64,000 bases of DNA from Eledone cirrhosa (GCA_964016885.1 OZ024744.1:16368001-16432000); one strand, 5' to 3'; positions 25,201 through 39,800 are shown, counted from the first letter of the stretch. Translations and numbers: made by a program. Notes: generated from the letters alone by a model not told the origin.

Positions 25201-28200
25201 GGAGAGTATGAAGGAAGTTGGAGAAGTAGAATATGAAGGAAGTTGGGGAAGAAGGTATGAAGGAAGTTGGAGAAGGAGAGTCTGAAGGAAGTTGGAGATG
25301 GAGAGTATGAAGGAAGTTGAAGAAGGAGAGTATGAAGGAAGTTGGAGAAGTAGAGTATGAAGGAAGTTGGAGATGGAGAGTATGAAGGAAGTTGAATAAG
25401 GAGAATATCAAGGAAGTTGGAGAAGGAGAGTGTGATTGAAGTTGGAGAAGAAGAGTATGAAGGAAGTTGGAGAAGGAGGATATGAAGGAAGTTGGAAAAG
25501 GAGAGTATGAAGGAGGTTGGAGGAGGAGAGTATGAAGGAAGTTGGAGATGGAGAATATGAAGGAAGTTGGAGAAGGATAATGTGAAGGAAGTTGGAGAAG
25601 GAGTGTATGAAGGTAGTTGGAGAAGGAGAATATGAAGGAAGTTGAAGGAGCAGAATATGAAGGAAGTTGAAGAAGGAGAATATGAAGGAAGTTGGAGAAG
25701 GAGAGTATGAAGGAAGAAAATATGAAGGAAGTTGGAGAAGGAGAGTATGAAGGAAGTTGGAGAAGGAGAATATGAAGGAAGTTGAAGAAGGAAAATATGA
25801 AGGAAGTTGCAGAAGGATAATATGAAGGAAGTTGGAGAAGGCGAGTATGAAGGAAGTTGGAGAATGAGAATCTGAAGGAAGTTGGAGAAGGAGAGAATGA
25901 AGGAAGTTGAAGAAGGAGAATCTGAAAGATGTTGGAGAAGGAGAGTATTAAGGAAGTTGGAGAAGGAGAATCTGAAGGAAGTTGGAGAAGGAGAGTATGA
26001 AGGAAGTTGAAGGAGAAGTATATGAAGGAAGTTGAAGAAGGAGAATCTGAAGGAAGTTGGAGAAAGAGAGTATGAAGGAAGTTGAAGAAGGAGAATCTGA
26101 AGGAAGTTGGAAAAGGAGAGTATGAAGGAAGTTGGAGAAGGAGAATATGAAGGAAGTTGGAGAAGGAGAGTATGAAGGAAGTTGAAGAAGGAAAATCTGA
26201 AGGAAGTTGGAGGAGAGTCTGAAGGAAGTTGGAGAAGGAGAATATGAAGGAAGTTGAAGAAGGAGAATCAGAAGGAAGTTGGAGAAGGAGAGTATGAAGG
26301 AAGTTGGAGAAGGAGAGTATGAAGGAAGTTGGAGAAGGAGAGTATGAAGGAAGTTGGAGAAGGAGAATCTGAAGGAAGTTGGAGAAGGAGAGTATGAAGG
26401 AAGTTGAAGGAGGAGAATATGAAGGAAGTTGAAGGAGGAGAATATGAACGAATTTGGAGAAGGAGATTATGAAGGAAGTTGGAGAATGAGAATCTGAAGG
26501 AAGTTGGAGAAGGAGAGTATGAAGGAAGTTGGAGAAGGAGAATCTGAAGGAAGTTGGAGAAGGAGAGTATGAAGGAAGTTGAAGAAGGAGAATCTGAAGG
26601 AAGTTGGAGAAGGAGAGTATGAAGGAAGTTGGGGGAGGAGAATATGAAGGAAGTTGGAGGAGAATATGAACGAAGTTGAAGAAGGAGAATATGAAGGAAG
26701 TTGAAGGGGGAGAATATGAAGGAAGTTGAAGAAGGAGAATCAGAAGGAAGTTGGAGAAGGAGAGAATGAAGGAAGTTGAAGAAGGAGAATCTGAAAGATG
26801 TTGGAGAAGGAGAGTAGTAAGGAAGTTGGAGAAGGAGAATCTGAAGGAAGTTGGAGAAGGAGAGTATGAAGGAAGTTGAAGGAGAAGTATATGAAGGAAG
26901 TTGAAGAAGGAGAATCTGAAGGAAGTTGGAGAAAGAGAGTATGAAGGAAGTTGAAGAAGGAGAATCTGAAGGAAGTTGTAAAAGGAGAGTATTAAGGAAG
27001 TTGGAGAAGGAGAATATGAAGGAAGTTGGAGGAGGAGAGTATGAAGGAAGTTGAAGAAGGAAAATCTGAAGGAAGTTGGAGGAGAGTATGAAGGAAGTTG
27101 GAGAAGGAGAGTAGTAAGGAAGTTGGAGAAGGAGAATCTGAAGGAAGTTGGAGAAGGAGAGTATGAAGGAAGTTGAAGGAGAAGTATATGAAGGAAGTTG
27201 AAGGAGGAGAATATAAACGAATTTGGAGAAGGAGAGTATGAAGGAAGTTGGAGAATGAGAATCTGAAGGAAGTTGGAGAAGGAGAGTATGAAGGAAGTTG
27301 AAGGAGAAGAATATGAAGGAACTTGAAGAAGGAGAATCTGAAGGAAGTTGGAGATGGAGAGTATGGAGGAAGTTAGAGAAGGAGAATATGAAGGAAGTTG
27401 GAGGAGAGTATTCAGGAAGTTGGAGAAAGAGAGTATGAAGGAAGTTGAAGGAGGAGTATATGAACGAAGTTGGAGATGGAGAATATGAAGAAAGTTGAAG
27501 TAGGAGAATATGAAGTAAGTTGAAGAAGGAGAATCAGAAGGAAGTTGGAGAAGGAGAGTATGAAGGAAGTTGGAGAAGGAGAATATGAAGGAAGTTGAAG
27601 GAGCAGAATATGAAGGAAGTTGGAGAAGGAGAGTATGAAGGAAGTTGGAGAAGGAGAATATGAAGGAAGTTGGAGAAGGAGAGTATGAAGGAAGTTGGAG
27701 AAGGAGAATATGAAGAAAGTTGAAGGAGGAGAATATGAAGGAAGTTGGAGGAGGAGAGTATGAAGGAAGTTGGAGAAGGAGAGTATGAAGGAGGTTGGAG
27801 AAGGAGAATATGAAGGAAGTTGGAGAAGGAGAGTATGAAGGAGATTGGAATTGTAGAGTATGAAGGAAGTTGTAGAAGGATAATATGAAGGAAGTTTGAG
27901 AAGGAGAATATGAAGGAAGTTGGAGGAGGTGAGTATGAAGGAAGTAGGAGAAGGAGAATCCGACGGACGTTGGAGAAGGAGAGTAGGAAAGAAGTTGGAG
28001 AAGGATAATATGAAAGAAGTTGGATAAGGAGAATATGAAGGAAATTGAAGGAGGAGAATATTAAAGAAGTTGGAAAAGGAGAGTATGAAGGAAGTTGGAG
28101 AAAGAGAATCTGAAGGAAGTTGGAGAAGAAGAGTATGAAGGAAGTTGGAGAAGGAGACTATGAAGGAAGTTGGAGAAGGAAAGTATGAAGGAAGTTGGAG

Positions 28201-29080
28201 AAGGAGAGTATGAAGGAAGTTGGAGAAGGAGATTATGAAGGAAGTTGGAGAAGGAGAGTATGAAGGAAGTTGGAGAAGGAGCGTATGATGGAAGTTGGAG
28301 AAGGAGATTATGAAGGAAGTTGAATAAGGAGAATATGAAGGAAGTTGGAGAAGGAGTGTATGAAGGAAGTTGGAGAAGGAGAGTATGAAGGGGGCTGGAG
28401 GAGGAGAATATGAAGGAAGTTGGAGAAGGAGAGTATGAAGGAAGTTGGAGAAGTAGAATATGAAGGAAGTTGGGGAAGAAGGTATGAAGGAAGTTGGAGA
28501 AGGAGAGTCTGAAGGAAGTTGGAGATGGAGAGTATGAAGGAAGTTGAAGAAGGAGAGTATGAAGGAAGTTGGAGAAGTAGAGTATGAAGGAAGTTGGAGA
28601 TGGAGAGTATGAAGGAAGTTGAATAAGGAGAATATCAAGGAAGTTGGAGAAGGAGAGTGTGATTGAAGTTGGAGAAGAAGAGTATGAAGGAAGTTGGAGA
28701 AGGAGGATATGAAGGAAGTTGGAAAAGGAGAGTATGAAGGAGGTTGGAGGAGGAGAGTATGAAGGAAGTTGGAGATGGAGAATATGAAGGAAGTTGGAGA
28801 AGGATAATGTGAAGGAAGTTGGAGAAGGAGTGTATGAAGGTAGTTGGAGAAGGAGAATATGAAGGAAGTTGAAGGAGCAGAATATGAAGGAAGTTGAAGA
28901 AGGAGAATATGAAGGAAGTTGGAGAAGGAGAGTATGAAGGAAGAAAATATGAAGGAAGTTGGAGAAGGAGAGTATGAAGGAAGTTGGAGAAGGAGAATAT
29001 GAAGGAAGTTGAAGAAGGAAAATATGAAGGAAGTTGCAGAAGGATAATATGAAGGAAGTTGGAGAAGGCGAGTATGAAGG
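19290..29080 (+). repeat. Three-copy higher-order repeat, periods 3399 and 3227 bp
   Basis: 408-aa ORFs at 20786, 24185 and 27412. Marker CCGACGGACG at 21334, 24733 and 27960. The 172-bp difference between periods matches an internal duplication (GGAAAATCTG at 22791 and 22963). Confidence 0.93.
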
Positions 29081-29519
29081 AAATTGGAGAAGGAGAGTAT
29101 GAAGGAGGTTGGAGGAGGAGAGTATGAAGGAAGTTGGAGAAGGAGAATATGAAGGAAATTGGAGAAGGAGCGTATGAAGGAAGTTGGAGAAAAAGAATAT
29201 GGAGGAAGTTGTGGAAGAAGGTATGAAGGAAGTTGGAGAAGGAGAGTATGAATAAAGTTGGAGAAGGAGAGTATGAAGGAAGTTGAAGGAAGAAAATATG
29301 AAGGAAGTTGGAGGAGGAGAATATGAAGGAAGTTGGAGAAGGAGAATATGAAGGAAGTTGGAGAAGGAAAATATGAAGGATGTTGGAGAAGGATAATATG
29401 AAAGAAGTTGGAGAAGGAGAGTATGAAGGAAGTTGGAGAAGGAGAGTATGAAGGAAGTTGGAGAAGGAGAATATGAAGGAAGTTGGGGAAGAAGGTATGA
29501 AGGAAGTTGAAGGAAGAAA

Positions 29520-32350
29520 ATATGAAGGAAGTTGAAAGGAGAAGAATATGAAGGAAGTTGGAGAAGGAAAATATGAAGGATGTTGGAGAAGGAGAGTATG
29601 AAGGAAGTTGTAGAAGGAGCGTATGAAGGAAGTTGGAGAAGGAGATTATGAAGGAAGTTGGAGAAGGAGAGTATGAAGGAAGTTGGAGAAGGAGAATATG
29701 AAGGAAGTTGGGGAAGAAGGTATGAAGGAAGTTGGAGAAGGAGAGTATGAAGGAAGTTGGAGAAGGAGAGTATGAAGGAATTTGGAGAAGGAGAGTATGA
29801 AGGAAGTTGAAGGAAGAAAATATGAAGGAAGTTGGAGAAGGAGAGTATTAAGGAAGTTGGGGAAGAATGTATTAAGGAAGTTGGAGAAGGAGAGTATGAA
29901 GGATGTTGGAGAAGGAGAGTATGAAGGAAGTTGGAGAAGGAGAGTTTGAAGGAAGTTGAAGTAGGAGAATATGAAGGAAGTTGAAGAAGGAGAGTATGAA
30001 GGAAATTGAAGGAGGAGAACATGAAGGAAGTTGAAGAAGGAGAATCTGAAGGAAGTTGGAGAAGGTGAGTATGAAGGAAGTTGAAGGAGGAGAATATGAA
30101 GGAAATTGAAGGAGGAGAATATGAACGAATTTGGAGAAGGAGAGTATGAAGGAAGTTGGAGAATGAGAATCTGAAGGAAGTTGGAGAAGGAGAGTATGAA
30201 GGAAGTTGGAGAAGGAGAATCTGAAGGAAGTTGGAGAAGGAGAGTATGAAGGAAGTTGGAGAAGTAGAGTATGAAGAAAGTTGGAGAAGGAGAATAGGAA
30301 TGAAGTTGTGGAAGAAGGTATGAAAGAAGTTGGAGAAGGAGAATATGAAGGAAGTTGAAGGAGGAGAATATGAAGGAAGTTGAAGAAGGAAAATATGAAA
30401 GAAGTTGGAGAAGGAGAGTATGCAGGAAGTTAGAGAAGGAGAGTATGAAGGAAGTTGGAGATGGAGAGTATGAAAGAAGTTGAATAAGGAGAATATCAAG
30501 GAAGTTGGAGAAGGAGAGTGTGAAGGAAGTTGGAGAAGGAGAATCTGAAGGAAGTTGGAAAAGGAGAGTATGAAGGAGGTTGGAGGAGGAGAGTATGAAG
30601 GAAGTTGAAGGAGGAGAATATGAAGGAAGTTGAAGAAGGAGAATATGAAGGAATTTGGAGAAGGAGAGTATGAAGGAAGTTGGAGAAGGAGAATATGAAG
30701 GAAGTTGGAGAAGGAGAGTATGAAGGAGGTTGGAGGAGGAGAGTATGAAGGAAGTTAGAGAAGGAGAATATGAAGGAAGTTGGAGAAGGAGAGTTTGAAG
30801 TAAGTTGGAGAAAAAGAATATGAAGGAAGGTGTGGAAGAAGGTATGAAGGAAGTTGGAGAAGGAGAGTATGAAGAGAGTTGGAGAAGGAGAGTATGAAGG
30901 AAGTTGGAGAAGGAGAGTATGAAGGAAGTTGAAGAAGGAGAATATGAAGGAAGTTGGAGAAGGAGAGTATGAAGGAAGTTGGAGAAGGAGAGTATGAAGG
31001 AATTTGGAGAAGGAGAGTATGAAGGAAGTTGAAGGAAGAATATATGAAGGAAGTTGGAGAAGGAGAGTATGAAGGAAGTTGGGGAAGGAGAGTATGAAGG
31101 AAGTTGGAGAAGGAGAGTATGAAGGAAGTTGGAGAAGGAGAGTATGACGGAAGTTGGAGAAGGAGAGTATGAAGGAAGTTGAAGAAGGAGAATATGAAGG
31201 AAGTTGGAGAAGGAGAGTATGAAGGAAGTTGAAGGAAGAAAATATGAAGGAAGTTGAAAGGAGAAGAATATGAAGGAAGTTGGAGAAGGAAAATATGAAG
31301 GATGTTGGAGAAGGATGATATGAAAGAAGTTGGAGAAGGAGAGTATGAAGGAAGTTGTAGAAGGAGCGTATGAAGGAAGTTGGAGAAGGAGATTATGAAG
31401 GAAGTTGGAGAAGGAGAGTATGAAGGAAGTTGGAGAAGGAGAATATGAAGGAAGTTGGGGAAGAAGGTATGAAGGAAGTTGGAGAAGGAGAGTATGAAGG
31501 AAGTTGGAGAAGGAGAGTATGAAGGAATTTGGAGAAGGAGAGTATGAAGGAAGTTGAAGGAAGAAAATATGAAGGAAGTTGGAGAAGGAGAGTATTAAGG
31601 AAGTTGGGGAAGAATGTATTAAGGAAGTTGGAGAAGGAGAGTATGAAGGATGTTGGAGAAGGAGAGTATGAAGGAAGTTGGAGAAGGAGAGTTTGAAGGA
31701 AGTTGAAGTAGGAGAATATGAAGGAAGTTGAAGAAGGAGAGTATGAAGGAAGTTGAAGGAGGAGAACATGAAGGAAGTTGAAGAAGGAGAATCTGAAGGA
31801 AGTTGGAGAAGGTGAGTATGAAGGAAGTTGAAGGAGGAGAATATGAAGGAAATTGAAGGAGGAGAATATGAACGAATTTGGAGAAGGAGAGTATGAAGGA
31901 AGTTGGAGAATGAGAATCTGAAGGAAGTTGGAGAAGGAGAGTATGAAGGAAGTTGGAGAAGGAGAATCTGAAGGAAGTTGGAGAAGGAGAGTATGAAGGA
32001 AGTTGGAGAAGTAGAGTATGAAGAAAGTTGGAGAAGGAGAATAGGAATGAAGTTGTGGAAGAAGGTATGAAAGAAGTTGGAGAAGGAGAATATGAAGGAA
32101 GTTGAAGGAGGAGAATATGAAGGAAGTTGAAGAAGGAAAATATGAAAGAAGTTGGAGAAGGTAGTATTCAGGAAGTTAGAGAAGGAGAGTATGAAGGAAG
32201 TTGGAGATGGAGAGTATGAAAGAAGTTGAATAAGGAAAATATCAAGGAAGTTGGAGAAGGAGAGTGTGAAGGAAGTTGGAGAAGGAGAATCTGAAGGAAG
32301 TTGGAAAAGGAGAGTATGAAGGAGGTTGGAGGAGGAGAGTATGAAGGAAG
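29520..32350 (+). repeat. Higher-order duplication, period 1747 bp
   Basis: Rare marker GAATGTATT at 29865 and 31612. The same downstream series of variant monomers (GAGTTTGAAG, AACATG, GGTGAG, ATAGGAATG) follows both. Confidence 0.8.
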
Positions 32351-33899
32351 TTGGAGATGGAGAATATGAAGGAAGTTGGAGAAGGATAATATGAGGGAAG
32401 TTGGAGAAGGAGTGTATGAAGGAAGTTGGAGAAGGAGAATATGAAGGAAGTTGAAGGAGGAGAATATGAAGGAAGTTGAAGAAGGAGAATATGAAGGAAT
32501 TTGGAGAAGGAGAGTATGAAGGAAGTTGGAGAAGGAGAGTATGAAGGAAGTTGGAGAAGGAGAGTATGAAGGAGGTTGGAGGAGGAGAGTATGAAGGAAG
32601 TTAGAGAAGGAGAATATGAAGGAAGTTGGAGAAGGAGAGTATGAAGTAAGTTGGAGAAAAAGAATATGAAGGAAGGTGTGGAAGGAAGTTGGAGAAGGAG
32701 AGTATGAAGAGAGTTGGAGAAGGAGAGTATGAAGGAAGTTGGAGAAGGAGAGTATGAAGGAAGTTGAAGAAGGAGAATATGAAGGAAGTTGGAGAAGGAG
32801 AGTATGAAGGAAGTTGGAGAAGGAGAGTATGAAGGAATTTGGAGAAGGAGAGTATGAAGGAAGTTGAAGGAAGAATATATGAAGGAAGTTGGAGAAGGAG
32901 AGTATGAAGGAAGTTGGGCAAGGAGAGTATGAAGGAAGTTGGAGAAGGAGAGTATGAAGGAAGTTGGAGAAGGAGAGTATGACGGAAGTTGGAGAAGGAG
33001 AGTATGAAGGAAGTTGAAGAAGGAGAATATGAAGGAAGTTGGAGAAGGAGAATCTGAAGGAAGTTGGAGAAGGAGAGTATGAAGGAAGTTGAAGAAGGAG
33101 AATCTGAAGAAAGTTGGAGAAGGAGAGTATGAAGGAAGTTGGGGGAGGAGAATATGAAGGAAGTTGAAGGAGGAGAATATGAACGAAGTTGAAGAAGGAG
33201 AATATGAAGGAAGTTGAAGGGGGAGAATATGAAGGAAGTTGAAGAAGGAGAATCAGAAGGAAGTTGAAGAAGGAGAGAATGAAGGAAGTTGAAGAAGGAG
33301 AATCTGAAAGATGTTGGAGAAGGAGAGTAGTAAGGAAGTTGGAGAAGGAGAGTATGAAGGAAGTTGAAGGAGAAGTATATGAAGGAAGTTGAAGAAGGAG
33401 AATCTGAAGGAAGTTGGAGAAAGAGAGTATGAAGGAAGTTGAAGAAGGAGAATCTGAAGGAAGTTGGAAAAGGAGTGTATGAAGGAAGTTGGAGAAGGAG
33501 AGTATGAAGGAGGTTGGAGGTGGAGAGTATGAAGGAAGTTGGAGGAGGAGAGTATGAAGGAAGTTGGAGAAGGAGAATATGAAGGAAGTTGGAGAAGGAG
33601 AGTATGAAGGAGGTTGGAGGAGTAGAGTATGAAGGAAGTTGGAGAAAGATAATATGAAGGAAGTTGGAGAAGCCGAGTATGAAGGAAGTTGGAGAAGGAG
33701 AGTATGAAGGAAGTTGGATAAGGATAGTATGAAGGAAGTTGGAGAAGGAGAATATGAAGGAAGTTGGAGAAGGAGAGTATGAAGGAAGTTGAAGGAAGAA
33801 AATATGAAGAAAGTTGGAGAAGTAGAGTATGAAGGAAGGTGGAGAAGGAGAATATGAAGGAAGTTGAAGAAGGAGAATATGAAGGAAGTTGGAGAAGGA

Positions 33900-36800
33900 G
33901 AGTATGAAGGAAGTTGGAGGAGTAGAGTATGAAGGAAGATGGAGAAGGAGAATATGAAGGAAGTTGGAGAAGGATAAAATGAAGGAAGTTGGAGAAGGAT
34001 AATATGAAGGAAGTTGGAGAAGGAGAGTATGAAGGAAGTTGGAGAAGGGGAGTATGAAGAAAGTTGAAGAAGGAAAGCATGAAGGAAGTTGGAGAAGGAG
34101 AATATGAAGGAAGTTGGAGAAGAAGATTATGAAGGAAGTTGAATAAGCAGAATATGAAGGAAGTTGGAGAAGGAGAGTATGAAGTAGTATGGGAAGGAAG
34201 GTATGAAGGAATTTGGAGAAGGAGAGTATGAAGGAAGTTGGAGAAAGAGAATCTCAAGGAAGTTGAAGAAGGAGAATATGGAGGAAGTTGGAGAAGCAGA
34301 GTATGAAGGAAGTTGGAGAAGGACAATATGAAGGAAGTTGTAGAAGGAGAGAATGAAGGAAGTTGGAGAAGGAGAGTATGTAGGAAGTTGGGGAAGCAGA
34401 GTATGAAGGAAGTTGGAAAAGGAGATTATGAAGGAAGTTGGAGAAGGAGAGTATGAAGGAAGTTGGATAAGGAGAATATGAAGGAAGATGGAGAAGGAGA
34501 GTATGAAGCAAGTTGGAGAAGGAGAGTATGAAGGAGGTTGGAGGAGGAGAATATGAAGGAAGTTGGGGAAGGAGAGTATGAAGGAAGTTGGAGAAGGAGA
34601 GTATGAAGGAATTTGGAGAAGGAGAGTATGAAGGAAGTTGAAGGAAGAAAATATGAAGGAAGTTGGAGAAGGAGAGTATTAAGGAAGTTGGGGAAGAATG
34701 TATTAAGGAAGTTGGAGAAGGAGAGTATGAAGGATGTTGGAGAAGGAGAGTATGAAGGAAGTTGGAGAAGGAGAGTTTGAAGGAAGTTGAAGTAGGAGAA
34801 TATGAAGGAAGTTGGAGAAGGAGAGTATGAAGGAAGTTGAAGGAGGAGAACATGAAGGAAGTTGAAGAAGGAGAATCTGAAGGAAGTTGGAGAAGGAGAG
34901 TATGAAGGAAGTTGAAGGAGGAGAATATGAAGGAAATTGAAGGAGGAGAATATGAACGAATTTGGAGAAGGAGAGTATGAAAGAAGTTGGAGAATGAGAA
35001 TCTGAAGGAAGTTGGAGAAGGAGAGTATGAAGGAAGTTGGAGAAGGAGAATCTGAAGGAAGTTGGAGAAGGAGAGTATGAAGGAAGTTGGAGAAGTAGAG
35101 TATGAAGAAAGTTGGAGAAGGAGAATAGGAATGAAGTTGTGGAAGAAGGTATGAAAGAAGTTGGAGAAGGAGAATATGAAGGAAGTTGAAGGAGGAGAAT
35201 ATGAAGGAAGTTGAAGAAGGAAAATATGAAAGAAGTTGGAGAAGGAGAGTATGCAGGAAGTTAGAGAAGGAGAGTATGAAGGAAGTTGGAGATGGAGAGT
35301 ATGAAAGAAGTTGAATAAGGAGAATATCAATGAAGTTGGAGAAGGAGAGTGTGAAGGAAGTTGGAGAAGGAGAATCTGAAGGAAGTTGGAAAAGGAGAGT
35401 ATGAAGGAGGTTGGAGGAGGAGAGTATGAAGGAAGTTGGAGATGGAGAATATGAAGGAAGTTGGAGAAGGATAATATGAGGGAAGTTGGAGAAGGAGTGT
35501 ATGAAGGAAGTTGGAGAAGGAGAATATGAAGGAAGTTGAAGGAGGAGAATATGAAGGAAGTTGAAGAAGGAGAATATGAAGGAATTTGGAGAAGGAGAGT
35601 ATGAAGGAAGTTGGAGAAGGAGAGTATGAAGGAAGTTGGAGAAGGAGAGTATGAAGGAGGTTGGAGGAGGAGAGTATGAAGGAAGTTAGAGAAGGAGAAT
35701 ATGAAGGAAGTTGGAGAAGGAGAGTATGAAGTAAGTTGGAGAAAAATAATATGAAGGAAGGTGTGGAAGAAGGTATGAAGGAAGTTGGAAAAGGAGAGTA
35801 TGAAGAGAGTTGGAGAAGGAGAGTATGAAGGAAGTTGGAGAAGGAGAGTATGAAGGAAGTTGAAGAAGGAGAATATGAAGGAAGTTGGAGAAGAAGAGTA
35901 TGAAGGAAGTTGGAGAAGGAGAGTATGAAGGAATTTGGAGAAGGAGAGTATGAAGGGAGTTGAAGGAAGAATATATGAAGGAAGTTGGAGAAGGAGAGTA
36001 TGAAGGAAGTTGGGGAAGGAGAGTATGAAGGAAGTTGGAGAAGGAGAGTATGAAGGAAGTTGGGGAAGGAGAGTATGAAGGAAGTTGGAGAAGGAGAGTA
36101 TGAAGGAAGTTGGAGAAGGAGAATATGAAGGAAGTTGAAGAAGGAGAATCTGAAGAAAGTTGGAGAAGGAGAGTATGAAGGAAGTTGGGGGAGGAGAATA
36201 TGAACGAAGTTGAAGAAGGAGAATATGAAGGAAGTTGAAGGGGGAGAATATGAAGGAAGTTGAAGAAGGAGAATCAGAAGGAAGTTGGAGAAGGAGAGAA
36301 TGAAGGAAGTTGAAGAAGGAGAATCTGAAAGATGTTGGAGAAGGAGAGTAGTAAGGAAGTTGGAGAAGGAGAGTATGAAGGAAGTTGAAGGAGAAGTATA
36401 TGAAGGAAGTTGAAGAAGGAGAATCTGAAGGAAGTTGGAGAAAGAGAGTATGAAGGAAGTTGAAGAAGGAGAATCTGAAGGAAGTTGGAAAAGGAGAGTA
36501 TGAAGGAAGTTGGAGAAGGAGAGTATGAAGGAGGTTGGAGGTGGAGAGTATGAAGGAAGTTGGAGGAGGAGAGTATGAAGGAAGTTGGAGAAGGAGAATA
36601 TGAAGGAAGTTGGAGAAGGAGAGTATGAAGGAGGTTGGAGGAGTAGAGTATGAAGGAAGTTGGAGAAAGATAATATGAAGGAAGTTGGAGAAGCCGAGTA
36701 TGAAGGAAGTTGGAGAAGGAGAGTATGAAGGAAGTTGGATAAGGATAGTATGAAGGAAGTTGGCGAAGGAGAATATGAAGGAAGTTGGAGAAGGAGAGTA

Positions 36801-39800
36801 TGAAGGAAGTTGAAGGAAGAAAATATGAAGAAAGTTGGAGAAGGAGAGTATGAAGGAAGGTGGAGAAGGAGAATATGAAGGAAGTTGAAGAAGGAGAATA
36901 TGAAGGAAGTTGGAGAAGGAGAGTATGAAGGAAGTTGGAGAAGGAGAATATGAAGGAAGTTGGAGAAGGATAAAATGAAGGAAGTTGGAGAAGGATAATA
37001 TGAAGGAAGTTGGAGAAGGATAATATGAAGGAAGTTGGAGAAAGAGAGTATGAAGGAAGTTGAAGAAGGAAAGCATGAAGGAAGTTGGAGAAGGAGAATA
37101 TGAAGGAAGTTGGAGAAGAAGATTATGAAGGAAGTTGAATAAGCAGAATATGAAGGAAGTTGGAAAAGGAGAGTATGAAGAAGTATGGGAAGGAAGGTAT
37201 GAAGGAATTTGGAGAAGGAGAGTATGAAGGAAGTTGGAGAAAGAGAATCTCAAGGAAGTTGAAGAAGGAGAATATGGAGGAAGTTGGAGAAGCAGAGTAT
37301 GAAGGAAGTTGGAGAAGGACAATATGAAGGAAGTTGTAGAAGGAGAGAATGAAGGAAGTTGGAGAAGGAGAGTATGAAGGAAGTTGGGGAAGCAGAGTAT
37401 GAAGGAAGTTGGAAAAGGAGATTATGAAGGAAGTTGGAGAAGGAGAGTATGAAGGAAGTTGGATAAGGAGAATATGAAGGAAGTTGGAGAAGGAGAGTAT
37501 GAAGCAAGTTGGAGAAGGAGAGTATGAATGAGGTTGGAGGAGGAGAATATGAAGGAAGTTGGCGAAGGAGAGTATGAAGGAAGTTGGAGAAGGAGAGTAT
37601 GAAGGAATTTGGAGAAGGAGAGTATGAAGGAAGTTGAAGGAAGAAAATATGAAGGAAGTTGGTGAAGGAGAGTATTAAGGAAGTTGGGGAAGAATGTATT
37701 AAGGAAGTTGGAGAAGGAGAGTATGAAGGATGTTGGAGAAGGAGAGTATGAAGGAAGTTGGAGAAGGAGAGTTTGAAGGAAGTTGAAGTAGGAGAATATG
37801 AAGGAAGTTGGAGAAGGAGAGTATGAAGGAAGTTGAAGGAGGAGAACATGAAGGAAGTTGAAGAAGGAGAATCTGAAGGAAGTTGGAGAAGGAGAGTATG
37901 AAGGAAGTTGAAGGAGGAGAATATGAAGGAAATTGAAGGAGGAGAATATGAACGAATTTGGAGAAGGAGAGTATGAAGGAAGTTGGAGAATGAGAATCTG
38001 AAGGAAGTTGGAGAAGGAGAGTATGAAGGAAGTTGGAGAAGGAGAATCTGAAGGAAGTTGGAGAAGGAGAGTATGAAGGAAGTTGGAGAAGTAGAGTATG
38101 AAGAAAGTTGGAGAAGGAGAATAGGAATGAAGTTGTGGAAGAAGGTATGAAAGAAGTTGGAGAAGGAGAATATGAAGGAAGTTGAAGGAGGAGAATATGA
38201 AGGAAGTTGAAGAAGGAAAATATGAAAGAAGTTGGAGAAGGAGAGTATGCAGGAAGTTAGAGAAGGAGAGTATGAAGGAATTTGGAGATGGAGAGTATGA
38301 AAGAAGTTGAATAAGGAGAATATCAAGGAAGTTGGAGAAGGAGAGTGTGAAGGAAGTTGGAGAAGGAGAATCTGAAGGAAGTTGGAAAAGGAGAGTATGA
38401 AGGAAGTTGGAGATGGAGAATATGAAGGAAGTTGGAGAAGGATAATATGAGGGAAGTTGGAGAAGGAGTGTATGAAGGAAGTTGGAGAAGGAGAATATGA
38501 AGGAAGTTGAAGGAGGAGAATATGAAGGAAGTTGAAGAAGGAGAATATGAAGGAATTTGGAGAAGGAGAGTATGAAGGAAGTTGGAGAAGGAGAGTATGA
38601 AGGAAGTTGGAGAAGGAGAGTATGAAGGAGGTTGGAGGAGGAGAGTATGAAGGAAGTTAGAGAAGGAGAATATGAAGGAAGTTGGAGAAGGAGAGTATGA
38701 AGTAAGTTGGAGAAAAGAATATGAAGGAAGTTGGAGAAGGAGAGTATGAAGAGAGTTGGAGAAGGAGAGTATGAAGGAAGTTGGAGAAGGAGAGTATGAA
38801 GGAAGTTGAAGAAGGAGAATATGAAGGAAGTTGGAGAAGGAGAGTATGAAGGAATTTGGAGAAGGAGAGTATGAAGGAAGTTGGAGAAGGAGAGTATGAA
38901 GGAAGTTGGAGAAGGAGAGTATGACGGAAGTTGGAGAAGGAGAGTATGAAGGAAGTTGAAGAAGGAGAATATGAAGGAAGTTGGAGAAGGAGAATCTGAA
39001 GGAATTTGGAGAAGGAGAGTATGAAGGAAGTTGAAGAAGGAGAATCTGAAGAAAGTTGGAGAAGGAGAGTATGAAGGAAGTTGGGGGAGGAGAATATGAA
39101 GGAAGTTGAAGGAGGAGAATATGAACGAAGTTGAAGAAGGAGAATATGAAGGAAGTTGAAGGGGGAGAATATGAAGGAAGTTGAAGAAGGAGAATCAGAA
39201 GGAAGTTGGAGAAGCAGAGAATGAAGGAAGTTGAAGAAGGAGAATCTGAAAGATGTTGGAGAAGGAGAGTAGTAAGGAAGTTGGAGAAGGAGAGTATGAA
39301 GGAAGTTGAAGGAGAAGTATATGAAGGAAGTTGAAGAAGGAGAATATGAAGGAAGTTGGAGAAGGAGAGTATGAAGGAAGTTGGAGAAGGAGAATATGAA
39401 GGAAGTTGGAGAAGGATAAAATGAAGGAAGTTGGAGAAGGATAATATGAAGGAAGTTGGAGAAGGAGAGTATGAAGGAAGTTGGAGAAGGGGAGTATGAA
39501 GGAAGTTGAAGAAGGAAAGCATGAAGGAAGTTGGAGAAGGAGAATATGAAGGAAGTTGGAGAAGAAGATTATGAAGGAAGTTGAATAAGCAGAATATGAA
39601 GGAAGTTGGAGAAGGAGAGTATGAAGTAGTATGGGAAGGAAGGTATGAAGGAATTTGGAGAAGGAGAGTATGAAGGAAGTTGGAGAAAGAGAATCTCAAG
39701 GAAGTTGAAGAAGGAGAATATGGAGGAAGTTGGAGAAGCAGAGTATGAAGGAAGTTGGAGAAGGACAATATGAAGGAAGTTGTAGAAGGAGAGAATGAAG

